Assembly (NCBI RefSeq): GCF_036321535.1
Contig: NC_087437.1
Location: 91,390,001 to 91,454,000 of the forward strand
Reading direction: 5' to 3'
DNA from: Camelus dromedarius
Lineage: Eukaryota
DNA: 64,000 nucleotides
Part shown: piece by piece, positions 52,258 to 64,000 of the stretch
Layout of the letters: every line of letters starts with the position of its first letter
Position numbering within the stretch: the first letter of the stretch is position 1
Notes under the pieces: model-generated
The model's input: only the letters and a program-made list of their open reading frames with translations
Told to the model about the DNA's origin: nothing
Databases searched by the model: none
Program-made: the position numbers and the translations under genes

Positions 52258-52930
52258 ATACACTACCATTATCCTAATCAGAAAGTCTCCAAATGTAGGA
52301 GACATTTTTGACTCATATTTTTTGCTCGTTATCTAAACTCACACAGTCTTAAAAAATTGAAAGTTCTTCAAAAGTAATATTTCTCAAACTGATCAATAAA
52401 TTCTACCCATTCTCTTTGTCATCCCTGATTTAGATTTCCTTGTGTCTCACCACAATAGGGATGGTACAGCTTTCTACTTTTTTCCTGGTATCTTTTCTCT
52501 CCTTTCTTCAGTATGTCCTTCTCAACACTGCTAATTTTTTGCTTTTAATGTAGATTTCTGATTATATTTTTTCTTCATTTAAATGTATGTACCAGTACTG
52601 TGTTGCTCACTGAATTTGTTTCAAGTTTTAAAAGTTGGACCAAACACACCTCAATCCCCATTCCCAGATGGCCACATACTATGGATCCAGTTTTACCTTC
52701 CATTGTGACCTAAGTCAAACTGATTTTTTTCTCTTTATTCTTCATTGTTTAAAAACTTTTATACCTTTCCATTTTCCTCTTCTATGAAATCCCTTTCCAA
52801 ATACTCATTACCTGTTTAATCCTAGTATATCATCTCCTAAACATTTTTTCTAACCCAGTTATAATAATCTCTTTTAGGTTTCTCCATAGCATATTTTTAA
52901 AAATTTTATTGTAACACTGTTGCTTCAGCT
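52258..52930 (+). mobile_element. L2 LINE 3' region, degenerate
   Basis: 'cactaccattatcct...aggagacatttttgactc...aatatttctcaaact...ttctcaacactgct...aatgtagatttctgattat'. Confidence 0.55.
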
Positions 52931-53509
52931 TGTTTTACGGGCACTTGATTTCTTTTCCTTTTTCTTCAGTTGTAAGTAATTTAACACTGAACATTAGATT
53001 TTACAGTAAAACTTCTTTATAATTTCATTATATGTTCATTAACAAAATTAATATTTAAATGTATGCATTCCAAAATCATATTTTCTTGTTTCAGTTTAAT
53101 TAAAATCTTTATTTTTCTTAAAATGCAAAATGTTGAAAATTTCATTATACTCTATAGTGTTCTAATTTTAAGAATAAATATCAAATAAATGAAATAGAAT
53201 TTGCAACAATTATAAAATTTTAAAAATTCTAATAATGTAGCAAAAATATTTACATAAATAACTAAGAAAAGGTAAACAATAGTTTGAAATACTCTAATAT
53301 ATTTAATAAAATGTGTAGGCTATCTGAGGAATATTTGGACTCATAGTATAAAAACTTTATGTACATTTTCAGAATAAAGAACAAAGCATTGATATTATTA
53401 CTTTAGCCCTTAGTAGTAGTAGTAAAGCATATTGAAGTGATTTTAAAAAAGCCATTTTAATAAGGAAAATGAAGAAAATAAATAAAGAACAATAAAGGAC
53501 TTTTAGAAG

Positions 53510-53862
53510 TATTACAAGGGAAAGGAGGGATAAACCAGCAGTACACAGAGGATTTTTAGGGCAGTGAACACACTCTGCATGAGGGATGGATGTATGTTGT
53601 TATACATTTGTCCAAACCTATAGAATGTACAACACTAAGAGTGAACTCTAAGGTAAACTATGGACATTGAGTGATTATGATGTGCCAATGTAGGTTCATC
53701 CTTGGTTTAAAAAAAAAGAAAAAAAACCTACTAATTCTGTTGAGTGATGCCAATGAAGGAGGAAGTTACGTATGTACAGGGGCAGGAAGTATATGGGAAA
53801 TTTCTGTACCTCTCTCTCAGTTTTGTTTGTTGTAAGCCTAAAACTGCTTAAAAAAAGAAAAA
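53510..53862 (+). mobile_element. L1MC1/2-like 3' UTR end
   Basis: 'cacagaggatttttagggcagtgaa...ttatacatttgtccaaacctatagaatgtacaacac...gtgaactctaaggtaaactatggac...cctaaaactgct' followed by an A-tail. Confidence 0.9.
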
Positions 53863-54504
53863 CTTTACTGGAAAAAAAATGTGTTAAAATAAAGCATCTC
53901 AAAAGCCAAGTAGATCTTAAGTTTTCTTAGTAAAATATTTTTAATGATACCTCTGAATCAAGAGAAAACATTCCATTTTAAAAATGTAAACATTACAAAA
54001 TGCATTTGAACTTTAATTAATAAAACTCATTTTTTATAATTTAGAGATGTGATCAAATATATTTTTGAAATTTCCTGTTGTGAATATTATAATTCTGATA
54101 GTCCAGAAAATTGAGTACAGAGTCTGGAGGAAGAAATCATGCAAAGTAGGATAGATATAAAGGTAAGTAAGTGAAGACAAACTGAATCAAACAACCTCTT
54201 CAATCCTCATCTAGTCTTTTACCCTTAAGCTCACATATATATCTAATGACAACTTCCAAAAATAATTCATCAATATTCCTCAAAAGGGTCAACATTTCCA
54301 CTGTTTGCTAGTATCCTAGGGTTCAGGAGTTCCTTATTTAGCCTTTTATTTCTCAACACAACCTGAAGTCTGCTCATCAGTATTGCCTAATTTGTGGCAC
54401 AGATACCACCGCAATTCAGTGGAAAAGTATTGCCCTTGAAATATGTGATGCTGTATCATTTGAATGTATGTATATGTGTGTGTATATTAAAAAAAACACA
54501 AAAA

Positions 54505-54812
54505 CACATGACCCCTACATTAAATTTCACGTGCAAATTAATGCAAATAAATAGTTGAAATTACTGATAGATCTATTGTAAATATTAAGATAATAAAGCT
54601 AACAGAAAGGAAAGTAGAATATCTGTATGACTTGCGTCTTCAACAGGACACAAAAATCACTTAACCACAAAATAAGAGATTGATTCATTGACGTTTATTA
54701 CAGTTGTGGAATTCTGTTGATCAAAAGATACGATTAAGAGTGAAACTATAAGCAGTACACTGGGAGAAGGTATTTATAATAATAGCCAACCAAAACTCAC
54801 ATCCAGAATACA
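54505..54812 (+). mobile_element. Old L1 ORF2 fragment (L1ME-like), sense
   Basis: 'tgacccctac...agaatatctgtatgactt...aacaggacacaaaaa...actgggagaaggtattt...ctcacatccagaata'. Confidence 0.75.
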
Positions 54813-56890
54813 CACTGTATACATGCTTCTTTATATTAGGCCAAAAATACATTGTCTTAATTGCTGTATCTTTATATTATGTATTGATCTCTAATACCAT
54901 GATTTTTCACATTTGTTCTTAAGACTGTTTAAGCTATGATGGGTCTTTTGCATTTTCCACCTAAGTTTTAGAATCAACATTTTCATTTCTTAAAAAAAAC
55001 ATCCTGAGATTCTACTTGGACTTATACTGACTCTGCATAACAATCTGAGATGAGATGAGTCTTAGGATACATTTTCTGATTTGATTCTGGGGTTTCTGGA
55101 ATTGATTCTCTAATCTGGTTTGATATAATACTATTTCCAGTATTAAGGAGAGCACTGATAGTCCTTGGTGTCATGTGCAATAGAAAAATGCAAAATACTA
55201 CCACTAGACACTCCTAATCACATCTTCTAAGAGGGAATTCTCTGCCATCAGATGTGATCTGTGACATCAGCTCTTCCTCAGGTCTCTAGCCTACCGACCT
55301 GCTCTGCAGATTTCAGACTTGCCAATCCCCACAATCATATGAGTCAATTGCTTTAAACTTCCTCTGTCTCTTTCCCTCTCTCTCTCCTTTTTTCTCAAAT
55401 TACATATAATATATAAAAATATATATCTCATTGGTTCTATTTCTCTGCAGAACCCTGATGAATACAGATTTTTAAACTTCCAACCACAAATAAATAAATC
55501 CAACATCTTTCCTTTTCTGTAGATCTTCCTTAATGTTTTTCCACTATACAGCTTTAATGTAGAGACCCAGCATATCTTTGTTAGTTTTTTAAGCTAATGA
55601 AACCTTTCTAATTATTAGCTCTTAATATAGAGACAGATGTTTTTGTATATTGCCCAGTACTTAGCTAAATTGACATTAATTTTAAAATTTTATAGATTCT
55701 TTTGAATTATTTTATTTCACTATCATGTCACTTATAATGAAACCTTAAATACTCATTCTTCTTTTTCAGTTTTTGTACATTTTTTTTTCTTGCTTTCATG
55801 ACAGTGTAATTTGAATAGAAGTAATGATAACATCTTGTCTTGTTCGTGAATTCAGGGGGAGAGGGTTCCGTATTTCACAACTAAGTATAAATTTGCTGTG
55901 GGCTACTTTTATATTTATTCTCTTTATTAAATTAAGGATATACCATTCCATTCCTATATTTTTGTAATTTATTTTATGAACATGTGTTTACTTTGGTCAA
56001 CTATTTCTTCTGCCTCTATTAAAATGTGCATAAATGTTCATTTGTCTATTGATGGAATTGACTGCCTTGATTAATTTTATTGTTATTCTCTATGTCTGAT
56101 TTGATTTTTTAATTACTTTCTTTTGTATTTTTGTGACTAGTTGATGGGAGATGTTGTCCTATAACTTTACTTTTCATAATGCTCTTTTTCAAGTTTGTTT
56201 TATAAGGCCTGGATTTTGCCTTGCCTCATAAAATGAGGGGAAAGCTACTTTCTTTTTATTTATTATCTAGAAGAGATTGTGTAAAATTGATCTTATTTAG
56301 TCCTCAGATGTTAGGGAAAAAATTGAACCTTCTGGGCCTGTAATTGCCTTGCAGAAAGTTTTTAAATGTACATAAAAATATTACAAAAGATATGTAACAA
56401 CTTAGCTCATCTGTTTCTTTATATGCTATTTTGAAAAGTTGGATTTCTAAGGACTTGGATCTTTTTGTGTGAAATTTATTGGACGGAGTTGCTTATTAGA
56501 TACTCTTACCGTCTTTTAACACAAGACTTTTACTTTGATGGCTTTTTTTTTTCATTCCTGATATTGACAGTTTATGTTGTTATTGTTGTTGTTTTTGACT
56601 TGAGCACTCTTCTAGGGCTTTATTATTTTATTAACTTTTTTAAGAACAAATTTTTTTATTTCTGAGCTTTTTCTTATAGGTTTACTTTTCTTCTTCCTAC
56701 CTCCTTTGATTTTAATGTGCTATTTCATTTTAGCTTTTTATATTGATTTTTCTGCCTATTCTTATTCCTAATACAGGTATCAAAGCTCTAAGTTTACTTA
56801 TGAATACTCCATTAGCTACATTACTCCAGTTCAAACTATCTTGTAATTTTCATTGAAAATCCTTCTTTATCCTTATAGTATTTAGATTCC
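54813..56890 (-). mobile_element. Old L1 ORF2 (L1ME-like), antisense, interrupted by an MLT2 LTR
   Basis: 'cattgtcttaattgctgtatctttata', 'ttttagaatcaac', 'ttgaatagaagtaatgataacatcttgtcttgttc', 'gcctcataaaatgag', 'ttctgggcctg'. Confidence 0.75.
55245..55466 (+). mobile_element. MLT2 (ERVL) LTR 3' part
   Basis: 'catcagctcttcctcaggtctctagcct...ctgcagatttcagacttgcc...cacaatcatatgagtcaatt...attggttctatttctctgcagaaccctgatgaataca'. Confidence 0.85.
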
Positions 56891-57307
56891 CAGGAAACAA
56901 ATATTAAATAATTACTGGACAATGTTTGCATTTTTATACACTCACATTTAAATATGGTGCTGTTGCTTAGGAATTTGAAGTTTTAGAACCATCAGAATCA
57001 TATCCTGGATTACTTCCACAGAGTAAACAAACACATATGTTTACATTTAAACTTGCATTATAGGAAAATAGAATTATATGTCTATTGAGTGGATGGTGCA
57101 ATAGATACTAAAAACACTTTTATAACATTTTTATAACAATCAATTTGCATAACAATCAATTATTTTTAATACTTAATTCACACTAAAAGAAATGTACTTT
57201 TTCTCCCCATTTAAAAGATGTAGAAACAAATATTAGGAACAGTTGTGTCTTTAAAAAAAAACCTGCGTAATAAGGGATCTAAAATACTGTTTTACCGTTG
57301 GCTGGAA

Positions 57308-57404
57308 TTGTCAATCACTTTTGATATATTGCGACAACATAGTTGTTTTCTCCTCTCCCCTGTCTTTGTTTTCTGGATATTTAGAAGCCAGACCTGATTG
57401 ACAG
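57308..57404. promoter_or_regulatory. Candidate TALE-homeodomain (PBX-MEIS/PREP) site pair
   Basis: Exact TGATTGACAG at 57395-57404 (+) and TGATTGACAA on the minus strand at 57308-57317, in apparently non-repetitive DNA. Confidence 0.35.
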
Positions 57405-59576
57405 GTGTGCATGTGTACTGACAAACACTGTGATCTTTGTGCAGTAAGTTTTTGCAACCCAAGAGATACGACTATGCAAATGATAGCAGATGGCTATGTA
57501 AATGTAAATGTAGATCTTCTACTAAAGCTTGACATAGTGACACATTTAAAATTTTAAATATATTAATAATTTTTCCAGAAAATTTATATTAAATATTTTA
57601 GAGACTTTTCATCGATTGCAGAATTCTTCTTACCTGTTAGTTGGGTTGATGGGCATTGTGAAATCTTGGCAGAACATTTTATAGTTGAAAGATTTCAATC
57701 TCTGAGACAATTACATGGCAGATGGCAATGTAAAGGAACAACTCAACTATCTGAGTGCTATGTTTGCTTAGCCATCTGCCGGGTATTCCTTCCCCAGGGC
57801 TTCACAATTCACTTGAAGGCTAGGAGTATGCCTACAGATTAATAAAAGTTTTTTAGGGTCCAAGTACTAATAGGTATATATGAAAAAAAAGTATATATTA
57901 AATATTTAGGAAGGTTTTTTTGCTGCCATGTAGCTGATTCCTAATTTTAAACTGGAATGTTTAAACGTGTGAGACATTTTATTGAGTATTCTAAACAGAT
58001 ACACATCCAATGTCTTGTTTAGTCGTTTAACTGAAAGACTTGAACTAGAATCTACCGGTATTTAGTCTTAGTCCAATAAATTTTCCTGCAATGTATTTAA
58101 GATTATAATGTTTTATAGATGAATATATTATTAGATGCATATTTTGTGGAGGAGTCTAAATAATTAGTAAAATAATAAAAACAATTTACAAGGAGAAATC
58201 AATCTGATAGGTTAAAACGTAATTCAAATATTGCTTCATGATTTTTTTGATTTGCTACATTTTTGTTTTACTTTACCTCCTTCCTTTATTGAGTTATTTT
58301 TAGTAAAATATAAATTCAGTTATCAACCACTTGAATGACAACTTATTTTTATTGGAAAGTATTTATTCAAATGCACATATTCTGGGAAATAAACAAATCT
58401 ATATTTGTATGTTGACCTTTATACTTAAATAATACTCTAAAATACCTGTGACCTTCGTTAAAAGTACGCAAACTCTAATTTGTGTTGAGTTAACATTTCT
58501 TTCATTGCTCTAGTGATTGAAAATTTTCAATATATAATTTTGCCTTCTTTATGACTGAGAAGTTTCTGCTATTAATGAAATACTGGGAAAATGATTTCAA
58601 ACTATAAAAATTACTTTATAAGTTATATGTCTCAAATTATTATATAACTAAAGTAAAATAGGATTTTGTGAGATATATTTTGAGATAGACATTTTCAACA
58701 ATGATAATTATGGAGAACAACAAACACTCACTGAAGAAAAGATGTATATGTTTTGTTAAGTTCAAATGATAATTCTTCCAGATCGCCAGGATCATGGTCA
58801 ATTGAGATGCCCAGGGAATTAGTCCAGCTTTATTTCCAAGGCAACAGATGAGTTATTTAAAGGGTCTGAAGTGAGTTATACATCACGCTTTTTCTGAATA
58901 CAGTGAACACTTGAGGTTGATAGTTTATAACTTAATTTGTAGAATGCACAAGTGGCCTGCTCCTCTGTAGACCAGTTTGAGTAACCCTATAGTGGAAAAA
59001 TTTTACTTGTATACTTTGTATGAATGATTATTGATGTACTCAATGTCTAAGGTTATTTTCTGATAGAAAATCATCTTACTGAAGCTCCTGGAATGCTTTC
59101 AGGGGTTAATTTCCAGGACATCTCTGAATATCCAAACCCTCTAGTTTAGCCATTTGTGCCAAATAATTAATACTCTTCTGATCTTTGGCAAAGAATTAGT
59201 CCCAGTTACTAGCTTGAGGAATCCAATGGGAATTTGTCTTAATATTAAGCTGTCCAATCTCATAACATAATGCTAGTTGGGGAAATAGGATTGTTATAAG
59301 GAAAAAAAGTACATATGTTAACAAGTAGCAAATGTAAGTAGTTTTCTTTATTCTTGCTGTGCTTGAAATCCTGGTAATGAATGTGCTTTAAAATAGAATA
59401 AATTGTCTAATTGTTCATTAAGTTGTGAAATAAAAAAAGACGTGAAGATAACATTCTTAAGTAGATACCTACTGTGTTCATTTAAAAAACACTGTTGGTC
59501 TTCAGCATTCCTTGATCAGTGTATATGATCAATGATTCAGAAATATTTTCTAGGAAATTTATTTTCTTCTCATCTT

Positions 59577-59725
59577 TTTTCTTTTTTAAAAAATTTTTGT
59601 GGGGAGGGGAGGTAATTTATTTATTTAATAATTTATTTTGTTTTTAGAGGAGGTACTAGGGATTGAACCTAGGACCTTGTGCATGCTAAGCCTGTGTTCT
59701 ACCATTTGAGCTATACTCTCCCCTC
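59577..59725 (-). mobile_element. Camelid tRNA-Ala-derived SINE (Vic-1-like) with 11-bp TSD
   Basis: 'ggggaggtaatt...gaggaggtactagggattgaacctaggaccttgtgcatgctaagc...tgagctatactctcccc'. Perfect TSD cttctcatctt at 59566-59576 and 59726-59736. Confidence 0.95.
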
Positions 59726-62700
59726 CTTCTCATCTTACAGAAGCTGCAGTGTATTTAAATAGTTTTGTAATACATTTTATGCAGTATTATTTATGGATAT
59801 CATAATCAACACAAGTGACTTGTTTGGTTATTCCGTTGGAAAGCTGCAACTAGAAATCAGCAATAGTTAATCCTAGTTAATTTCCCTGCAAATGCATTAA
59901 ATGTTTGAGTGAATTTTGAAAAAAAGTATTTCAGAGACGAATATATGTTTGTATATTAATTTAGAAGATAACATTAAGCCAGAAAAAATGAAGCATATAC
60001 TATCATCTCAACTTTTTTTTTTCACTTATTTACTTTTTTGTTTCTTTTTATTTTGCTCCATCTTGGGTTGAGTTTTTTCCCAGTAACTCAAAATTTTGTT
60101 GTCATCTACTCAGAAGCTGACTACATTATTAATATTGTATATATCTGTGTTATTAGTATTGTGTGTTAATATCTTACTATTTTATATATAGTATCATTAA
60201 TATTAATATGCCTCTTTCTTGGCTATAGGAAAAACTTCTAGAGAAGCCTAATCAATCTTTTTTCTCAATCTTCACTATACATCTGGAGATATTGTGTGTG
60301 TTCAATAAAGTGTTTATTGAGTTGAATTGTTTGAGATGGTGAGTAATACAAGGTTTCTCCATTAGCAGTTAAATCAAGGAAGAAAACAACCACCACCATG
60401 TTGAACAGCACAGTCATAATTGTGGCTAATCTCAGGCAGGGGGATGTTCAAAACCCCAGGTACTCTAAGCAGTTCACATTGTGCCAGTGGCATCCATGAC
60501 TTGGAAAGTTCCTATATCCCTATCCATTCTATTTATTTCCTTCGAATATTGAAATACCCAGGGACTCTATAGAGATCTCCTTCTGTATTTTGTTTTGGTA
60601 ATTATTTTGGCTAATTTGAATATATAGGGGTTTCTGAGTATCAAAATAACTTTTAATTGAAAGATGATACTCTAAACACACAAATGCTTTGAGAAGACAA
60701 GTAAGCCAAAGGAACTAAATTACTGAGCACCCACAGACATCAGAAGCTACCTCCTTAGTTTCTAAGACTCCATTTGAGGATGCAAAAGAGACCCGTGATT
60801 GAGGTGAACAAACAATTCATTAATTTCCTAACATCTTAACTCAATATTGAAACAGAAAGATGCTTACAGTTGATTGTAGAATCCTTAGATAAACAATGAC
60901 TGATGATTTGGTCTTAATCTGAAATTCAAATTGTTGTCTAGTCAGTCATTTTTATACTTGTTTTTAATCAAAAGTATAATTGAAGAAGGAGAAACATGTC
61001 CACTTATTTTCAATGATGATTCTCTTGAATAAATTGATCCCATATTCCTGAATTCTATGTATTGTCTGTTATTCTTCTGAAATTTATACAGTATTATATG
61101 CCTTTTCAGTGGTGATTTAAAAACCAGAACTGTTTATAATTCTATTATGTGAATTTCACTACTATAAATTGCCCATTTATAGAATCTCTTTTCAGATATA
61201 ATTGAACCTAACTTTGATATTTGACATTTTCATTTCCAAGAGGATATAACCTTTATCCTTTACGCTAAGGCAGGTTGAAGGTGATATATATGACAGCCCT
61301 ATTCCTTATCTTAGATGAAATAGGAAACTACAGGTTCAATTTCAAGGTGACTGTGATTTAAGAGATACTGCATTCTTTTGGAGAACAGAGAGATTAAAAA
61401 GTTATTGACTAAAATATAATAGTTGTCCATCTGGCCTTCTTTATTGAAATTTGAGTTGTGTTAACAAAAAAGTTTTAAAAAAGCAAATTTGAAACAATTT
61501 TAGCTATAGATGAACTAAAATGATTATCTTTAAAACTCCTTGATAACATGGAAAATCAGGTTTGGGGGGATTTCTTTAAGAAAAACATAGAATGTAAATT
61601 ACCAAATTAGATATAAATATGAATATTTAAAATGAGATGATATACCATGATAAATTACAAATGGTAAAAAGGTAGCAAATACTACAAACCTCACAATATC
61701 CATAAAAATAAGATATATGGATTATTTAATAGCTTTCTATATCTCTAAAATACTTTTTTACTATTTTGATTAAATATTATTAGATATGATATTATAATCT
61801 ATAGAGAAAAGAGAAATATGACTTATTTTCCTTCAGCATGGTTGATCAAAATATGTTTTCTATTATTAGTAAATCAGAAAAATATTTTTAGTCTCACAAC
61901 ACATTAATAATTTAACACAAATTTTTAGAGTTTATGCAAATTTGGAAAAATTTTATAAAGTTTCTTTCATACATAGGCTGTAACATTTGGACAAAATTTC
62001 CATATTCTGTTTTCTTGCTGCTTCTGTTTCAAACCTCATCTATGTTTCACAACCTATATTCTTTGTATCCTGGATAGTAACATCTACGGATTTTGTGTTT
62101 TACTGAGTGATAAGGATTAATTTGTCTAAAATTCATTCTTTGTAGTCTAGACTCTAAGAAATAAGTCTCTCAGGAAGCTCCAAGGAAACCCATTTAGCCC
62201 TTGTCAACCATGGCACTTAAATATAGGTACCTCCACCTCACAATGCCAGGAGATAAGGAGATGCGGCAAACTCTACCACTACCTTGCTAGAACGTCCACA
62301 AGGAACCAGCCCCTGATCACAACACTAGAGCAATGCTATTGCCAAACACAGATGGAGTAGGCAGGTTGAGGGGAAACCAGGTTTCCACCAAGGCATATTG
62401 CTCTTGCATTCTTACCCATGCTCTCGTCAGGAAGAAAGGCCAGTACTTCCCAATCATGCCTCTTAAAATGCATGAAACCCAGTGCTTGAAATCACTCTCC
62501 CAGAGTCGGATTTTTGATTTGCCAGGTTGTTATAGTCAAGAGTGGGTAAATGGCTACCCGTAAGTTTTCTCCACCCCTGGTGAACACCACCCCTGGCGGT
62601 CCGGTTCATGTGCTGCTTGGCCCTCTGTTCATATTTGGATCATGCCCGTTATTTCAACATTGTCTTTGATGACTTGGAAAGAGAAAAGAATCTTCAAAGT

Positions 62701-62837
62701 TGGAAGAAAATAATAGTTTTACATAAAAAATCAACTTTAAAAATAGCTCATTTTTGTACAAAAATACTGTACTATGAAATAATTGTCAAGTAATTCTTCT
62801 AAATACTGACTTCTGAATGAACTGCTTCAACTAGAGG

Positions 62838-63020
62838 ATTCATTTGTTCATTCAAATATTATTTCCAGGGCATCAGGGTATACACAGTAGTTATCAACAA
62901 ATTTTCTACTTTTTTGAGCTTTTATTTTGTTGGAGGGATTCAGAAAATAAACAAAGACACATATAAGGTGTTGGTATGAAGTTACATGGAGCAGGATAAC
63001 GGAGATAGAGTAGGGTAGAA
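62838..63020 (-). mobile_element. L2 3' end fragment
   Basis: 'attcatttgttcattcaaatatt...gagcttttattttgttggaggga...aataaacaaa'. Confidence 0.55.
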
Positions 63021-63210
63021 TAAATAATGGAGTTTATATTAACTGACAATGATATTGAAAGTTAACTCATATTTTAAAGCAAATAGTCAAACAGTAAATA
63101 TAAAATTACAGTTCTAGTCAAAGTTGCCAGTTTTTCACTGGCAAAATTCGAGTGTTTCATGAGATAAACCTTTGATTTCCTAAATTGTTTGTTTCGTTTT
63201 GCATGCCTTC

Positions 63211-63368
63211 TTTTTTATTTTTTATTGAGGTACAATTGACAAATAACATTACATTAGCTTCAATTGTACACCATAATGATATGATCACCATAAAATGTCT
63301 AGTTAACAATAGTCTAATAGTTAACAATAAGTCTAGTTAACATCTGTCAATGAACATATTTACCATTT
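63211..63368 (-). mobile_element. L1 extreme 3' end (L1MA9-like) with a local slippage triplication
   Basis: 'tttttattgaggtacaattgacaaataacattacattag...atgatcacca', then three copies of a 'tagttaaca' unit at about 63297-63342. Confidence 0.8.
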
Positions 63369-64000
63369 GGGGCCTAAATTGTTTTTCATTGTACATTCAG
63401 ACCAATAGCTTTGGAAGATAGAAATGTACCTTGGAAAATGTACCTTTAATATTAAGAATAAGAAGTATGATTCAATATACATTTGTTTTCTATACACACA
63501 GCTTTCAATAATAATTCATATATAATTTTGAAATATCAATAAAGAAGCAGTAAAAATATCAGAATACTTTTGAAAGGTATTTCCAAGTCTGTAATAGAAA
63601 AGTTCTATTATTTGGTCTTTTTTCCTATTTTATCCCAAAGTGGCTTAATGCATTCAAATAGTTTCTGCATACTCTGTGTCTTTCTCACATCATTAGTCTA
63701 GAGCTACTGCTGAGAAGTAGCATTACAATATCAGCTTCCACTGAGAGGCTATTTACAACACTGGAAATTATGGAAATTTGGAAGTAGTGACAGGTGTTTC
63801 TAAAAACTCGTCTGAATTATGTTTACCTGCTTGGTGATGTCGTCCAAAGTTAGTGCCTTTAGTGTTCATAATATGTTCAAAACTGTTTTTATTGGTTCAT
63901 CAAACCCATGGCATCAGTTAAAATACAGTCTATCAAATGTCAAATAATAACTGAGATAAGAGCTGAGGGACAAGTATTGGGAGAAAGCGTGGGTGCAGGA

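Noticed and set aside
63123..63143. 8-bp-arm palindrome ttgccagt-ttttc-actggcaa
   Set aside because: A hairpin this short is expected by chance in 64 kb and has no supporting context.

Overview
AT-rich, gene-poor mammalian genomic DNA, either intergenic or deep in a large intron. Three copies of a tRNA-Ala(AGC)-derived SINE with the Vic-1-type head and tail, and no Alu, Bov-tA or PRE1 that I could see, point to a camelid genome (inference). No protein-coding gene can be supported. The supplied ORFs are short chance ORFs or decayed LINE/LTR pieces. The window is mostly a repeat landscape: L2, MIR, L3/CR1, L1 fragments of several ages, MaLR (MLT1), ERVL (MLT2), ERV1 LTRs, hAT/Tigger DNA transposons and microsatellites. 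Family names come from my memory of consensus sequences, not from a search, so subfamily labels and old-repeat boundaries are approximate. The most notable items are: a 220-bp foldback built from two ERV LTR 3' ends (2249-2468); a young solo LTR with three internal duplications (3645-4076); a CpG-retaining hairpin-like segment (24264-24360); an inverted pair of PBX-MEIS/PREP sites (57308-57404); an LTR78-like remnant with a trace of APOA4-like coding sequence (45935-45958); and one well-formed candidate 56-nt exon (11488-11543). I found no evidence for a novel multi-gene system.
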